Positions 27,654 to 37,241 of a stretch of 64,000 bases of DNA are shown piece by piece. The DNA is from an uncultured Clostridia bacterium. GTDB lineage: Bacteria > Bacillota > Clostridia > Christensenellales > UBA1242. The notes below the pieces were generated by a model. It was given only the letters and a program-made list of their open reading frames with translations, searched no databases and was not told where the DNA came from. Both the position numbers and the translations under genes were made by a program. Position 1 is the stretch's first letter, and each line of letters opens with the position of its first letter. Where the stretch lies: positions 230 through 64,229 of the forward strand of contig CALWGY010000007.1 in the NCBI GenBank assembly GCA_944380265.1, written 5' to 3'.

Positions 27654-29192
27654 ATTAAATCTTTATTTAAAGCAGTTGCAGTTTTAACCATATTTTCCGT
27701 TTTAACACGGTTTTTAGGCTTTATTTTTAAAATATTTTTGTCCAGAACCATTTCAACCGAACTACTTGGAGTTTACTCAATTGTAACAAGTGTTTTTATG
27801 GTTTTTGTAACCATTTTAAACTCTGGACTACCCTTGGCTGTTTCAAAATCTACAACAATTAATTTTGAAAAAGATTCCAAAAAAAGTAATGGTTCGGTTT
27901 CTAGTGCATTAATTATTAGTTTAATAATATGTGCGTTAATTTTAATTGTAATTCTACTTGGAAAACCACTACTTGAATCATATTTTGAAGATAACAACGC
28001 GTATCTTTTTCTTCTTTTAATGTTACCAGCAATAATTTTTACTGGCGTTTACACGCCTTTTAAAGGTTATTTGTGGGGAAGAGAAAAGTTTTTTCATGTT
28101 AGTTTGGTAGAATTTATTGAACAAATCATTAGAATTATTACATACTTTGTTTGTTTTTACTTGTTCTCATTTTCAAACAACCTGTTCCCAGCAGGAATTT
28201 CGGTTAGTGTTGCATGCGTTTTAAGCACAATTGTTGGAATTATTATTTTTCATTCCTTAAAAGGTCGTCTGCAAAGCCCAAAAACATGCTTTAAACCAAT
28301 TTTAAAGTCATCTGCACCAATAACACTTGTTAGGCTTGCAACAAGCCTTATGCAACCATTTATGGCGTTTTTGCTGCCTTTAAGGCTTGTGCAAGTGGGG
28401 TTTACTAGCGAACAAGCCCTAAGCCAACTTGGAATTGCTATGGGAATGACCATGCCCTTGCTTTCCATCCCATCAACCATAATTGGGTCACTTGCCATGG
28501 CAATAATTCCAAATTTAACAAGTTTGAATAATGAACATGACACATTAAAACTTAAAAAACAAATTTCATTATCCATAACATTCACTCTTTGTTGTTCGTT
28601 TATTGTAATTCCATTTTTTATTGCTCTTGGTGAACCAGTTTGTTTGTTTTTGTTTGACAACATAACTGCCGGAACTTATTTAAAAGATGCTTGTTGGTTA
28701 ATAATTCCAATGGGTGTTTCGCAAATTACAACATCAATTTTAAACAGTTTAAATTTGGAAGTTAAAACATTTAAGTATTATTTATATAGTTGCGTAATTT
28801 TATTTTTATCAATTTTAATTTTGCCAAAATATGTTGGAATTTATGCCCTACTTTATGGAATGGGACTAAGCACACTTTTAATTGCTGTTTTAAACATTAT
28901 TAAAATTAACAAAACAATTGGAGCAAGCAAAACATATTTAGGAATAATTTTAAAACTTATAATAATAACAATTCCAACTGTGTTTTTAACAAAATGGATT
29001 TATAATTTAAGTGTTTTGTTCTTCCCAAGAATTGTAAGTTTAATTTTGTGTGGTGGAATTAGTGTTATTGCTTTCACGGTTTTAATGGCAGTGTTTAGTA
29101 TTATTGATGTTCAATATTTTAAAATCATATATAAAGTTAAAATTAAGGAATTTAAAAATAAAAATAGAAAATTAAAAAGCAAAAAAACATAA
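27654..29192 (+). CDS. spoVB: SpoVB/MurJ-like MOP flippase (polysaccharide biosynthesis protein)
   Basis: Many TM helices; GLPLAVSK, EQIIRI. The frame extends 28 codons upstream of the track start to an ATT behind GAGGTG. Confidence 0.75.
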   Translation: MKSLFKAVAVLTIFSVLTRFLGFIFKIFLSRTISTELLGVYSIVTSVFMVFVTILNSGLPLAVSKSTTINFEKDSKKSNGSVSSALIISLIICALILIVILLGKPLLESYFEDNNAYLFLLLMLPAIIFTGVYTPFKGYLWGREKFFHVSLVEFIEQIIRIITYFVCFYLFSFSNNLFPAGISVSVACVLSTIVGIIIFHSLKGRLQSPKTCFKPILKSSAPITLVRLATSLMQPFMAFLLPLRLVQVGFTSEQALSQLGIAMGMTMPLLSIPSTIIGSLAMAIIPNLTSLNNEHDTLKLKKQISLSITFTLCCSFIVIPFFIALGEPVCLFLFDNITAGTYLKDACWLIIPMGVSQITTSILNSLNLEVKTFKYYLYSCVILFLSILILPKYVGIYALLYGMGLSTLLIAVLNIIKINKTIGASKTYLGIILKLIIITIPTVFLTKWIYNLSVLFFPRIVSLILCGGISVIAFTVLMAVFSIIDVQYFKIIYKVKIKEFKNKNRKLKSKKT

Positions 29193-29240
29193 CTTAAACG
29201 TTATGTTTTTTTAGTTTGTTTAAAGAATAAAAATTTTTAA

Positions 29241-29978
29241 ATGTTAAAAAATATTAATATGACATACACATTAATAACACGAAGCATTGTAATTTACTTT
29301 TTGGTTTTCATTTTGCTTAGAATTATGGGCAAACGCCAAATTGGCGAAATGCAACCCTTTGAACTGGTTATAACACTTATTATTGCCGACCTTGCAACCA
29401 TTCCAATGGCAGAAACCGCCTTGCCACTGGTTCATGGCATAATTCCAATTGTAACACTTGCAATAATTCACTTTGCCCTAACCTTTTTAAGCATGAAAAG
29501 TTTGTTTTTTAGAAAACTGATTAATGGCAAACCAATAATTGTTGTTAACCCAAACGGAGTAGATTACGAAGCTTTACGAAAACTTAATATGAACTTTAAC
29601 GACCTTATGGAAAACTTGCGTGGTTGTGGATATTTTAACTTAGAAGAAGTTTTGTATGCAATTATGCAAACAAACGGCACCTTAACAGTTTTGCCACGTG
29701 CACCATATGCTCCGCTTAATGCAAACAACGCAAAAATTGATGTTGAGCCAAGCAGTTTGCCAATAATTTTGATTAGCGAAGGAAAACCTGTTAAGGAAAA
29801 TTTGAAACTTGCAAAACTTGAACAAAGTTTTTTAGATGAACAAATCAAAAATGCAAAACTAAACCCAGATGACGTTATTTTTGCACAAATAAACAGCCAA
29901 GGCAAAATGTATATTCAACCAAAAAACGAAAGTTTTGTTGTTATTGAAACTAACTACAAAGGAGAAGGAAACTGGTGA
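29241..29978 (+). CDS. DUF421 (YetF/YdfS-like) membrane protein
   Basis: LRIMGKRQIGEMQPFELV, GKPII, QTNGTLTVLP. Confidence 0.9.
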   Translation: MLKNINMTYTLITRSIVIYFLVFILLRIMGKRQIGEMQPFELVITLIIADLATIPMAETALPLVHGIIPIVTLAIIHFALTFLSMKSLFFRKLINGKPIIVVNPNGVDYEALRKLNMNFNDLMENLRGCGYFNLEEVLYAIMQTNGTLTVLPRAPYAPLNANNAKIDVEPSSLPIILISEGKPVKENLKLAKLEQSFLDEQIKNAKLNPDDVIFAQINSQGKMYIQPKNESFVVIETNYKGEGNW

Positions 29979-30361
29979 AACGAACAATTACAATTGTGGT
30001 TTTGTTTGTTTTGTTAATAGTTTTGGCAACTTACGAACTTGTTATGGTTGACAAAATTATAACAAAACTTGATAACTTAACTTTAACCATTCAAACAGAA
30101 ATAAAAAACAACAAAGATGACATCACTGTTGCCACAAATAGCATAACAGAAACAAAAAGTTTTTGGGACAAACACGAAGATAATTTGTGTTTAATGTTTA
30201 ACCACAAGGATTTAAGCACCATAACCGACACACTTTCAAGGCTGTTAAGTTACGCAGAAAATAACGATTACGACAACGCCATTGTTGAAGCAAATTTACT
30301 TAAAGAATATTCCGAAAAGAACCGACACATAATGGGATTTAACATGCAAAACTTTTTGTAG
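29975..30361 (+). CDS. DUF4363-like protein
   Basis: N-terminal TM, W....LCLMFNHKDL, C-terminal QNFL; overlaps the DUF421 stop codon, a usual pairing. Confidence 0.7.
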   Translation: MKRTITIVVLFVLLIVLATYELVMVDKIITKLDNLTLTIQTEIKNNKDDITVATNSITETKSFWDKHEDNLCLMFNHKDLSTITDTLSRLLSYAENNDYDNAIVEANLLKEYSEKNRHIMGFNMQNFL

Positions 30362-30374
30362 AAACAATGTAGCA

Positions 30375-30456
30375 AACTGCGATGTTAAAATTTTACAGAA
30401 GTAAAATTTTAAAAAAATTCTAACGAATTTTTGTGCTTTCGCACAACATCGCAGTT
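30375..30456. other. Nested palindrome forming a four-way junction
   Basis: A 12-bp closing stem AACTGCGATGTT/AACATCGCAGTT encloses three hairpins with 4-nt loops. Confidence 0.8.
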
Positions 30457-30649
30457 AAATAAACATAAGTTGTGCTCACTTATTTTTTTAAATTATTTAC
30501 TTTCAAATTTCAATAATACAAATTATGCTTAAAACTTAATAAATTTTGTTTATAAAAACAAAAAAAAGTGTAACAACATAATTACACTTTTTTTATTAAT
30601 ATTTTTAATTTTTTACTTAATTGTTTTCAAACTTTTTTTTAAGTTATGC

Positions 30650-31186
30650 TTATTCTTCAAAAATTGCATTTCTGTAAAGTTTATCATTAATTAAGTACAT
30701 ACTCATTTGATAAGTTGAAAGCACTGCCAAAACAAACATAATTGGCACAATGTATATGGTTTCAACATTAAATTTTAAAATTTGCATAACAACAACTGCA
30801 ATTAAGCATGCAACAATTAAAACAGCACAAATAATACTAAAAATTGTTGTTCCATTAAGTTTGCTTTTTGGATTTATTTCCAATGCATTTTTATAGGTGT
30901 AAAAACCATTTTCAATAATTTCGGCTTTTGCTTTAACGTTTAATTTGTAATCTTTAACCAAAACAAATAAGTAGAAAATTGCAATTAATATGCCAATGCC
31001 TGCAAACAAATATAAATTGTAATCGCTAATTTTTTCGATTATTCCAAACACAATAACGCCCAAACTTGCCAAAATTGAAATGCCAAACAACACAAAATAT
31101 AAAATTGCTAAACTAATTTTTCGTTGAACTAAGTTTAACGATTTTTTTTCAATAACTATTTCAGAAACAAACATTTTCCCCTCCAA
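30650..31186 (-). CDS. Hypothetical 4-TM membrane protein
   Basis: Four hydrophobic segments; GGAGGG inside the first codons suggests the second ATG is the start. Confidence 0.7.
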   Translation of the reverse strand: MEGKMFVSEIVIEKKSLNLVQRKISLAILYFVLFGISILASLGVIVFGIIEKISDYNLYLFAGIGILIAIFYLFVLVKDYKLNVKAKAEIIENGFYTYKNALEINPKSKLNGTTIFSIICAVLIVACLIAVVVMQILKFNVETIYIVPIMFVLAVLSTYQMSMYLINDKLYRNAIFEE

Positions 31187-31230
31187 AAATTAAAATGTTT
31201 TTTCATTACATAGTAAGTATAACATAAAAC

Positions 31231-34047
31231 TTATTTTTTTAGGTAGGGTTTTAAGTATTTTCCTGTAATACTTTTTGAATTTTTACAAATTTCTTCTGGC
31301 GTGCCATATGCCACAACTTGTCCGCCCTGGTCGCCACCTTCTGGTCCTAAATCAATAATGTAATCGGCAATTTTAATAACATCCAAATTGTGTTCAATAA
31401 TAACAATTGTGTTACCATTTGCAACAAGTTTGTTTAAAATTTTAATAAGCTTGTCAACGTCATACATAGAAAGTCCTGTTGTTGGTTCATCTAAAATGTA
31501 TAACGATTTTCCAGTGCTACGTTTGCTTAATTCTGTTGCAAGTTTAACCCTTTGAGCTTCACCACCACTAAGTTCGGTTGCTGGTTGTCCAAGTTTAATA
31601 TAACCCAAACCAACATCATAAAGTGTTTGAAGTTTGTTTTTAATTTTTGGAACATTTTCAAAAAATTCAACTGCTTCCGCAATGGTCATTTCCAAAACAT
31701 CATAAATGCTTTTGCCTTTATACTTAACTTCCAATGTTTCTTTATTATATCTTTTTCCACCGCAAACATCACAAGTAACATAAACATCAGGCAAAAAGAA
31801 CATTTCAATTTTGTTAATTCCTGCTCCCGAACAATTTTCGCACCTGCCACCAGCAATGTTAAAACTAAATCTGCCAGAACTGTAACCGCGCTCTTTTGCA
31901 TCAGTTGTTTTGCTAAACAGTTCCCTAATGTCGGTAAACACATTTGTGTAAGTTGCCGGGTTACTGCGTGGGGTTCTGCCAATTGGGCTTTGGTCGATGT
32001 TAATAACTTTGTCAAGTTTGTCTAAGTTGTTAATTTGTTTATATTTTCCTTCAATTAAACTGCTTTTGTTTAAAATGTTGCTTGCTGCTGGATACAAAAT
32101 TTCGTTAATTAAACTACTTTTTCCACTGCCAGAAACACCTGTTATTGCAGTTATAACACCAATTGGAATGTTAACATCAACATTTTTTAAGTTATTTTGT
32201 TTTGCACCTTTAATTTCAATGAAACCTTTTTCAATTTTGCGTCTGTTTGAAGGTGTTTCAATTTTTAATTTTCCACTTAAATATTGTCCTGTTATGCTTC
32301 TTGGTTCATCAATTAAATTTTGCACACTGCCAGTTGCAACAACTTCTCCGCCATGAACGCCAGCATATGGACCAATGTCAACAATGTAATCTGCTGCCCT
32401 AATTGTGTCTTCATCGTGCTCAACAACAATAACAGTGTTGTCTAAATCTCGCAAGTTTTTAAGTGTTGCTAAAAGTCTATCATTATCGCGTTGATGAAGC
32501 CCAATGCTTGGTTCATCTAAAATATATAAAACTCCTGTTAATCCACTTCCAATTTGTGTTGCAAGCCTAATTCGCTGTGCTTCGCCACCACTAAGCGTGC
32601 TTGCCGAGCGCGAAAGTGTTAAATAATTTAATCCAACATTAATTAAAAAATTAAGTCTTGCATTAATTTCTTTTAAAATTGGAGCGGCAATTTGCTCTTG
32701 AGTTTTTGTTAGTTTTAAACTTTCAATAAATTCCTTAATTTTAACAACAGATAAGTTTGTTAATTCAATTATATTTAATTTTTTAATTTTAACATTTAAC
32801 GCGTCTTGTTTTAATCGTTGCCCATGGCACATATCACAATCAATTTCGGTTAAATATTTGCTTAGTTCGGTTTTAACAAACTCCGAGTTTGTTTCCCTAT
32901 ATCGTCTTTCAAGGTTTGGAATTATTCCTTCAAACTTCATAGGTGTGGTTTTTTCTTGCCCTTTATATCTGTAAGTAACATCAATTTTTTCACCTTTTGT
33001 GCCATACAAAATCATATCAATCATTTCGCGTGGTAAATCTTTAATTGGTGTGTTTAAACTAGCATTAAACAACTTGGCAACCGACCTAAAAAGCATTTTG
33101 CACATGGAATTTTCATATGCCCAACTTGCAGCATTAATTCCACCTTCGGCAATGCTTAGATTTCTGTTTTTAATAATTTTGTTTTCATCCATTATTTGTC
33201 TAAAACCAAGCCCACTGCAACCAGGACATGCACCAAAAGGTGTGTTAAAACTGAAAAGCCTTGGTGCAATTTCTTCAATGCTATATCCGCAAGTTGGACA
33301 ACTGTGATTTGTGCTGTAAAGCGTTTCTTCACCATTTGCTTCAACAATAACAATTCCATTTGTAAGTTTTAATGCTGTTTCCAAACTTTCAGAAAGCCTA
33401 GTGTTAATTTCTGGTTTTATAACCAACCTGTCAATAACCAAATAAATGTTGTGTTTAATGTTTTTATCTAGCGAAATTTCCTCATCTAACATATAGTTTT
33501 CGCCATCAATTTTTGCACGCAAATAACCGTTTTTTAAATAGTCCGCAAGTTCCTTTGCAAAAGTTCCTTTTTTGCCACGAACAACTGGCGCAGTTATAAC
33601 AATTTTTGTTCCTTCTTCCAAACTTAGCACTTGGTCAATTATGTTATCAATTGTTTGTGTGGAAATTGGTTTGTTGCAATTTGGACAATATGGCGTGCCA
33701 ATGTGAGCATACAAAAGCCTTAAATAATCATAAATTTCCGTAACAGTTCCAACTGTGCTTCGTGGATTGTGTGAAGTTGTTTTTTGGTCAATTGAAATGC
33801 TTGGACTAAGCCCATCAATTATGTCAACATCTGGTTTGTGCATTTGACCCAAAAACATTCTGGCATAACTCGACAAACTTTCAATGTATCTTCGTTGTCC
33901 TTCTGCAAAAATTGTGTCGAAAGCCAGTGTGCTTTTTCCACTGCCAGAAACACCAGTGAAAACAACCAACTTGCCACGTGGAATTGTTAAATTAATATTT
34001 TTTAAATTGTTTTCTCTTGCCCCTTTAATAACAATATCTCTTAACAT
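31231..34047 (-). CDS. uvrA: Excinuclease ABC subunit A
   Basis: GVSGSGKS twice, AEGQRRYIESLS, zinc fingers, LSGGEAQR twice. Confidence 0.99.
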   Translation of the reverse strand: MLRDIVIKGARENNLKNINLTIPRGKLVVFTGVSGSGKSTLAFDTIFAEGQRRYIESLSSYARMFLGQMHKPDVDIIDGLSPSISIDQKTTSHNPRSTVGTVTEIYDYLRLLYAHIGTPYCPNCNKPISTQTIDNIIDQVLSLEEGTKIVITAPVVRGKKGTFAKELADYLKNGYLRAKIDGENYMLDEEISLDKNIKHNIYLVIDRLVIKPEINTRLSESLETALKLTNGIVIVEANGEETLYSTNHSCPTCGYSIEEIAPRLFSFNTPFGACPGCSGLGFRQIMDENKIIKNRNLSIAEGGINAASWAYENSMCKMLFRSVAKLFNASLNTPIKDLPREMIDMILYGTKGEKIDVTYRYKGQEKTTPMKFEGIIPNLERRYRETNSEFVKTELSKYLTEIDCDMCHGQRLKQDALNVKIKKLNIIELTNLSVVKIKEFIESLKLTKTQEQIAAPILKEINARLNFLINVGLNYLTLSRSASTLSGGEAQRIRLATQIGSGLTGVLYILDEPSIGLHQRDNDRLLATLKNLRDLDNTVIVVEHDEDTIRAADYIVDIGPYAGVHGGEVVATGSVQNLIDEPRSITGQYLSGKLKIETPSNRRKIEKGFIEIKGAKQNNLKNVDVNIPIGVITAITGVSGSGKSSLINEILYPAASNILNKSSLIEGKYKQINNLDKLDKVINIDQSPIGRTPRSNPATYTNVFTDIRELFSKTTDAKERGYSSGRFSFNIAGGRCENCSGAGINKIEMFFLPDVYVTCDVCGGKRYNKETLEVKYKGKSIYDVLEMTIAEAVEFFENVPKIKNKLQTLYDVGLGYIKLGQPATELSGGEAQRVKLATELSKRSTGKSLYILDEPTTGLSMYDVDKLIKILNKLVANGNTIVIIEHNLDVIKIADYIIDLGPEGGDQGGQVVAYGTPEEICKNSKSITGKYLKPYLKK

Positions 34048-34049
34048 GT

Positions 34050-36011
34050 TTAATCCTTTTTGTTTAGTTGTTTTTTAAGTTCCGAAATTTCATTCCTTAA
34101 AACAATTGCCTGTTCAAAATCCAAACTATCACTTGCAATTTTCATTAGTGCTGTTAACTTATTAATTTCGTTTGGAATATCCTTTTTGTTAATTTTTGTT
34201 TTATGTGTTTCCTTTTTAGTAATTTCAAGCGTGTTTTTAACAGGTTTTATTATTGTTTTTGGTGTTATGTTGTGAATTTTGTTGTATTCCGACTGAATTT
34301 TTCTACGTCTGTTGGTTTCATCAATTGCAACCTTCATGCTGTCGGTTATTGTGTTTGCATACATAATAACCTTTGCTTCGGCATTTCTGGCAGCACGCCC
34401 AATGGTTTGGATAAGTGCCCAACTGCTTCGTAAAAAGCCTTCCTTGTCGGCATCCAAAATGGCAACCAATTTAACTTCCGGAATATCCAGCCCCTCACGA
34501 AGAAGATTAATGCCAATTAACACATCAAACTCTTTAAGCCTTAGCGAGTTTATAATTTCCACACGTTCAAGTGTGTCGATGTCGCTGTGCAAATATCTAA
34601 CTTTAATTTTTCGTTCACTTAAATATCCCGTTAAGTTTTCTGCCATTTTTTTGGTTAAAGTTGTAACCAAAACACGGCCATTATTTTCAATTGTTTTGTA
34701 AATTTCGGTTATTAAATCATCAATTTGTCCATCAATTTTTCTAACAAAAATTTCTGGATCCAAAAGTCCTGTTGGCCTAATAATTTGTTCAACAATTTGG
34801 TCGGAATGTTCCTTTTCATATGGTCCCGGAGTTGCCGAAACAAACACAACTTGATTAAGTTTTTTTTCAAATTCCGAAAAATTTAGTGGTCGGTTGTCGT
34901 ATGCTGCTGGCAACCTGAACCCATAATTTACAAGATTGGTTTTGCGTGATAAGTCACCAGCATACATTCCCCTAATTTGTGGAATTGTCATATGGCTCTC
35001 ATCAATAAACACCACAAAATTTTTCTTGAAATAATCAAGCAAAGTGTATGGTGGTTCGCCTGGCTTTCTGCCATCAAAATATCTTGAATAGTTTTCAATT
35101 CCTGAACAATATCCAACTTCTCGCATCATTTCTAAATCATAAAAAACACGTTCCTTAATTCGTTGCGCTTCAATAAGTTTTCCAGCATCTTCAAATTCCT
35201 TAACACGAACCAAGCAATCTTGTTTTATTTGTTCATATGCTTGTTCCAATTTTTCTTGCGTAACGGCATAGTGGCTTGCAGGCAAAATGAACGCATGGCT
35301 TAAAGTTGAAATACGTTTTCCTGTTACAACATCAATTTCCGAAATACTTTCAATTTCATCTCCAAAAAACTCGAACCTTATTGCAACATCGGAACTGGAA
35401 GCGGGAATAACATCTAAAACATCGCCCTTGCTTCTGAATGTTCCACGTTTAAACTCCATTTCGTTTCGAGTATATTGCAAACTAAGCAATCGTTTAATAA
35501 CTGTGTTTCGTTCAATTTGGTCACCAGGTCTTAAACTTATGCACATGCTCGAATAGTTTTCTGGTTCACCCAAACCATATATGCAACTAACCGATGCAAC
35601 AACAATAACATCGTTTCGTTCAAACAACGAACATGTTGCTGAGTGCCTAAGTTTGTCAATTTCATCATTGATGCTCATATCCTTTTCAATGTATGTGTCG
35701 GAACTAACAATGTAGGCTTCTGGCTGATAATAATCGTAATAACTAACAAAATACTCAACTCGATTATGTGGAAAAAACTCCCTAAACTCGTTGCAAAGTT
35801 GGGCTGCCAATGTTTTGTTGTGTGCAATAACCAGTGCCGGCCTATTAATTTTGTTAATTATGTTTGCCATGGTAAAAGTTTTACCGCTTCCGGTAACACC
35901 AAGTAATGTTTGAAACTTTAAACCATCATTAATGCCTTCAACAATTTTGTTAATTGCTTGTGGCTGGTCGCCTGTTGGCGAATATGGACTAACTAAATCA
36001 AATTTTTCCAT
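34050..36011 (-). CDS. uvrB: Excinuclease ABC subunit B
   Basis: [38 protein letters not shown]. Confidence 0.99.
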   Translation of the reverse strand: MEKFDLVSPYSPTGDQPQAINKIVEGINDGLKFQTLLGVTGSGKTFTMANIINKINRPALVIAHNKTLAAQLCNEFREFFPHNRVEYFVSYYDYYQPEAYIVSSDTYIEKDMSINDEIDKLRHSATCSLFERNDVIVVASVSCIYGLGEPENYSSMCISLRPGDQIERNTVIKRLLSLQYTRNEMEFKRGTFRSKGDVLDVIPASSSDVAIRFEFFGDEIESISEIDVVTGKRISTLSHAFILPASHYAVTQEKLEQAYEQIKQDCLVRVKEFEDAGKLIEAQRIKERVFYDLEMMREVGYCSGIENYSRYFDGRKPGEPPYTLLDYFKKNFVVFIDESHMTIPQIRGMYAGDLSRKTNLVNYGFRLPAAYDNRPLNFSEFEKKLNQVVFVSATPGPYEKEHSDQIVEQIIRPTGLLDPEIFVRKIDGQIDDLITEIYKTIENNGRVLVTTLTKKMAENLTGYLSERKIKVRYLHSDIDTLERVEIINSLRLKEFDVLIGINLLREGLDIPEVKLVAILDADKEGFLRSSWALIQTIGRAARNAEAKVIMYANTITDSMKVAIDETNRRRKIQSEYNKIHNITPKTIIKPVKNTLEITKKETHKTKINKKDIPNEINKLTALMKIASDSLDFEQAIVLRNEISELKKQLNKKD

Positions 36012-36054
36012 GATTCCTTCTTAAATATTATTGTCAAAAATTTTTAAATTTAAC

Positions 36055-36066
36055 AAACATATGTTT
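36055..36066. promoter_or_regulatory. Candidate LexA (Cheo) box upstream of uvrB
   Basis: AAAC-ATAT-GTTT, a variant of GAAC-N4-GTTC, just upstream of uvrB. A second candidate CGAAC-AAAT-GTTT at 36231-36243 overlaps a hairpin. Confidence 0.5.
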
Positions 36067-36309
36067 TAATTTATTTCACTTAAATAATTTTAACATCACA
36101 TAGTTTGCATTAAACTTAAAAATTTAAATTGTAAAATTAAAACACTAATTGGGGTTAAGTGATTTTTGCACGATTAACACCCACCCAACTTTACAATTGT
36201 TTTACACATGTACATATAAAAATAATAAATCGAACAAATGTTTTATTCGATTTATTATATCATATAACTAAAATATTGTGAATATTTTGTATTAAATTTT
36301 TGTTAATTT

Positions 36310-36672
36310 TTAAAATTTAAAAATTGCTTTTAATATCATTGTTATAGCAAAAGAAACACATGCTAAAATAACTGTTCTAATTAAAATTAAGTAGGCTTTT
36401 TTCTTAGTGTTTTTTTGGTCTCTTTCAAAACTTTCGCCCTTCGATTTTAAGGAAATGCAATAAACAAGTTTTCCGTTTTTATCGGAATTAACCAAATCAA
36501 TGTAATTTTCTAAAACCAAACCATTTAAAATTTGTTCTAGTTCAATATTATTAATTTCATATTTTGGTTGCAAAAAGTTTAAAATGTCTTCTGGTTCAAT
36601 AAGCGAACTTTTTTTGCCAGAACATTCCGTAAACAAAAATTGCATAACCTTTTTTTCTTTTCCGTTTAGCAT
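36310..36672 (-). CDS. Small putative winged-helix protein with a C-terminal TM helix
   Basis: L..L....YID...YCISLKSKG pattern; hydrophobic C-terminus; paralog of the upstream ORF. Confidence 0.7.
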   Translation of the reverse strand: MLNGKEKKVMQFLFTECSGKKSSLIEPEDILNFLQPKYEINNIELEQILNGLVLENYIDLVNSDKNGKLVYCISLKSKGESFERDQKNTKKKAYLILIRTVILACVSFAITMILKAIFKF

Positions 36673-37046
36673 TAAATTAACCCTTTACCATACAAAAATA
36701 TTGCTAAAAAAGCACCTAAAAACGCCATTATTCCACTAACAAACATTGTTATTATTAACATTTTGTTAACGTGTTTTATTGTTTTACTTTCACGTGTGGA
36801 ATCTTCCAAAATCATTCTACCCTTAGGCAAAACACACAAACAATATGTGTCGTTTTCGGCATATTTTATGTCAATATATTGCCCCGTTTTTAAGTATTCT
36901 AAATTTTGGTCCAATGCCTCTTTATTAACTTTGTATCTGTTTGGAAATTTGGAAATTAAGTTGTTATAATCAATAACCTTATAAGTTCCTTCTTCACAAA
37001 TAGCATTTAAAATTTTTAAAGTTGCTGTTGTTTTTTTATCTAACAT
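36672..37046 (-). CDS. Small putative winged-helix protein with a C-terminal TM helix
   Basis: LEYLKTGQYIDIKY...YCLCVLPKGR; hydrophobic C-terminus; stop overlaps the next start (TAATG). Confidence 0.7.
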   Translation of the reverse strand: MLDKKTTATLKILNAICEEGTYKVIDYNNLISKFPNRYKVNKEALDQNLEYLKTGQYIDIKYAENDTYCLCVLPKGRMILEDSTRESKTIKHVNKMLIITMFVSGIMAFLGAFLAIFLYGKGLI

Positions 37047-37198
37047 ATTTCACCTAAAATTGTTATTATTAATTGTAACAAAATACTGAATATTTTGTAA
37101 AATAAACTTTAATCATTTTTTATTTTTAACAATATTTTTGTCTTTTATTTTAAATTTTAAAATAAATTAGTTCTATATTTTTATTATTGATTAAAAAC

Positions 37199-37230
37199 AA
37201 AAAAATAACCGCTTTATGCGGTTATTTTTT
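37199..37230 (-). terminator. Intrinsic terminator
   Basis: AAAAAATAACCGC-TTTAT-GCGGTTATTTTTT. Confidence 0.85.
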
Positions 37231-37241
37231 ATTTGTTAGGT

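Noticed and set aside
31552-35906. Many short ORFs antisense to or inside uvrA/uvrB (and likewise typA, hflX, CDF, oapA)
   Set aside because: Shadow ORFs arising from codon bias of the real genes
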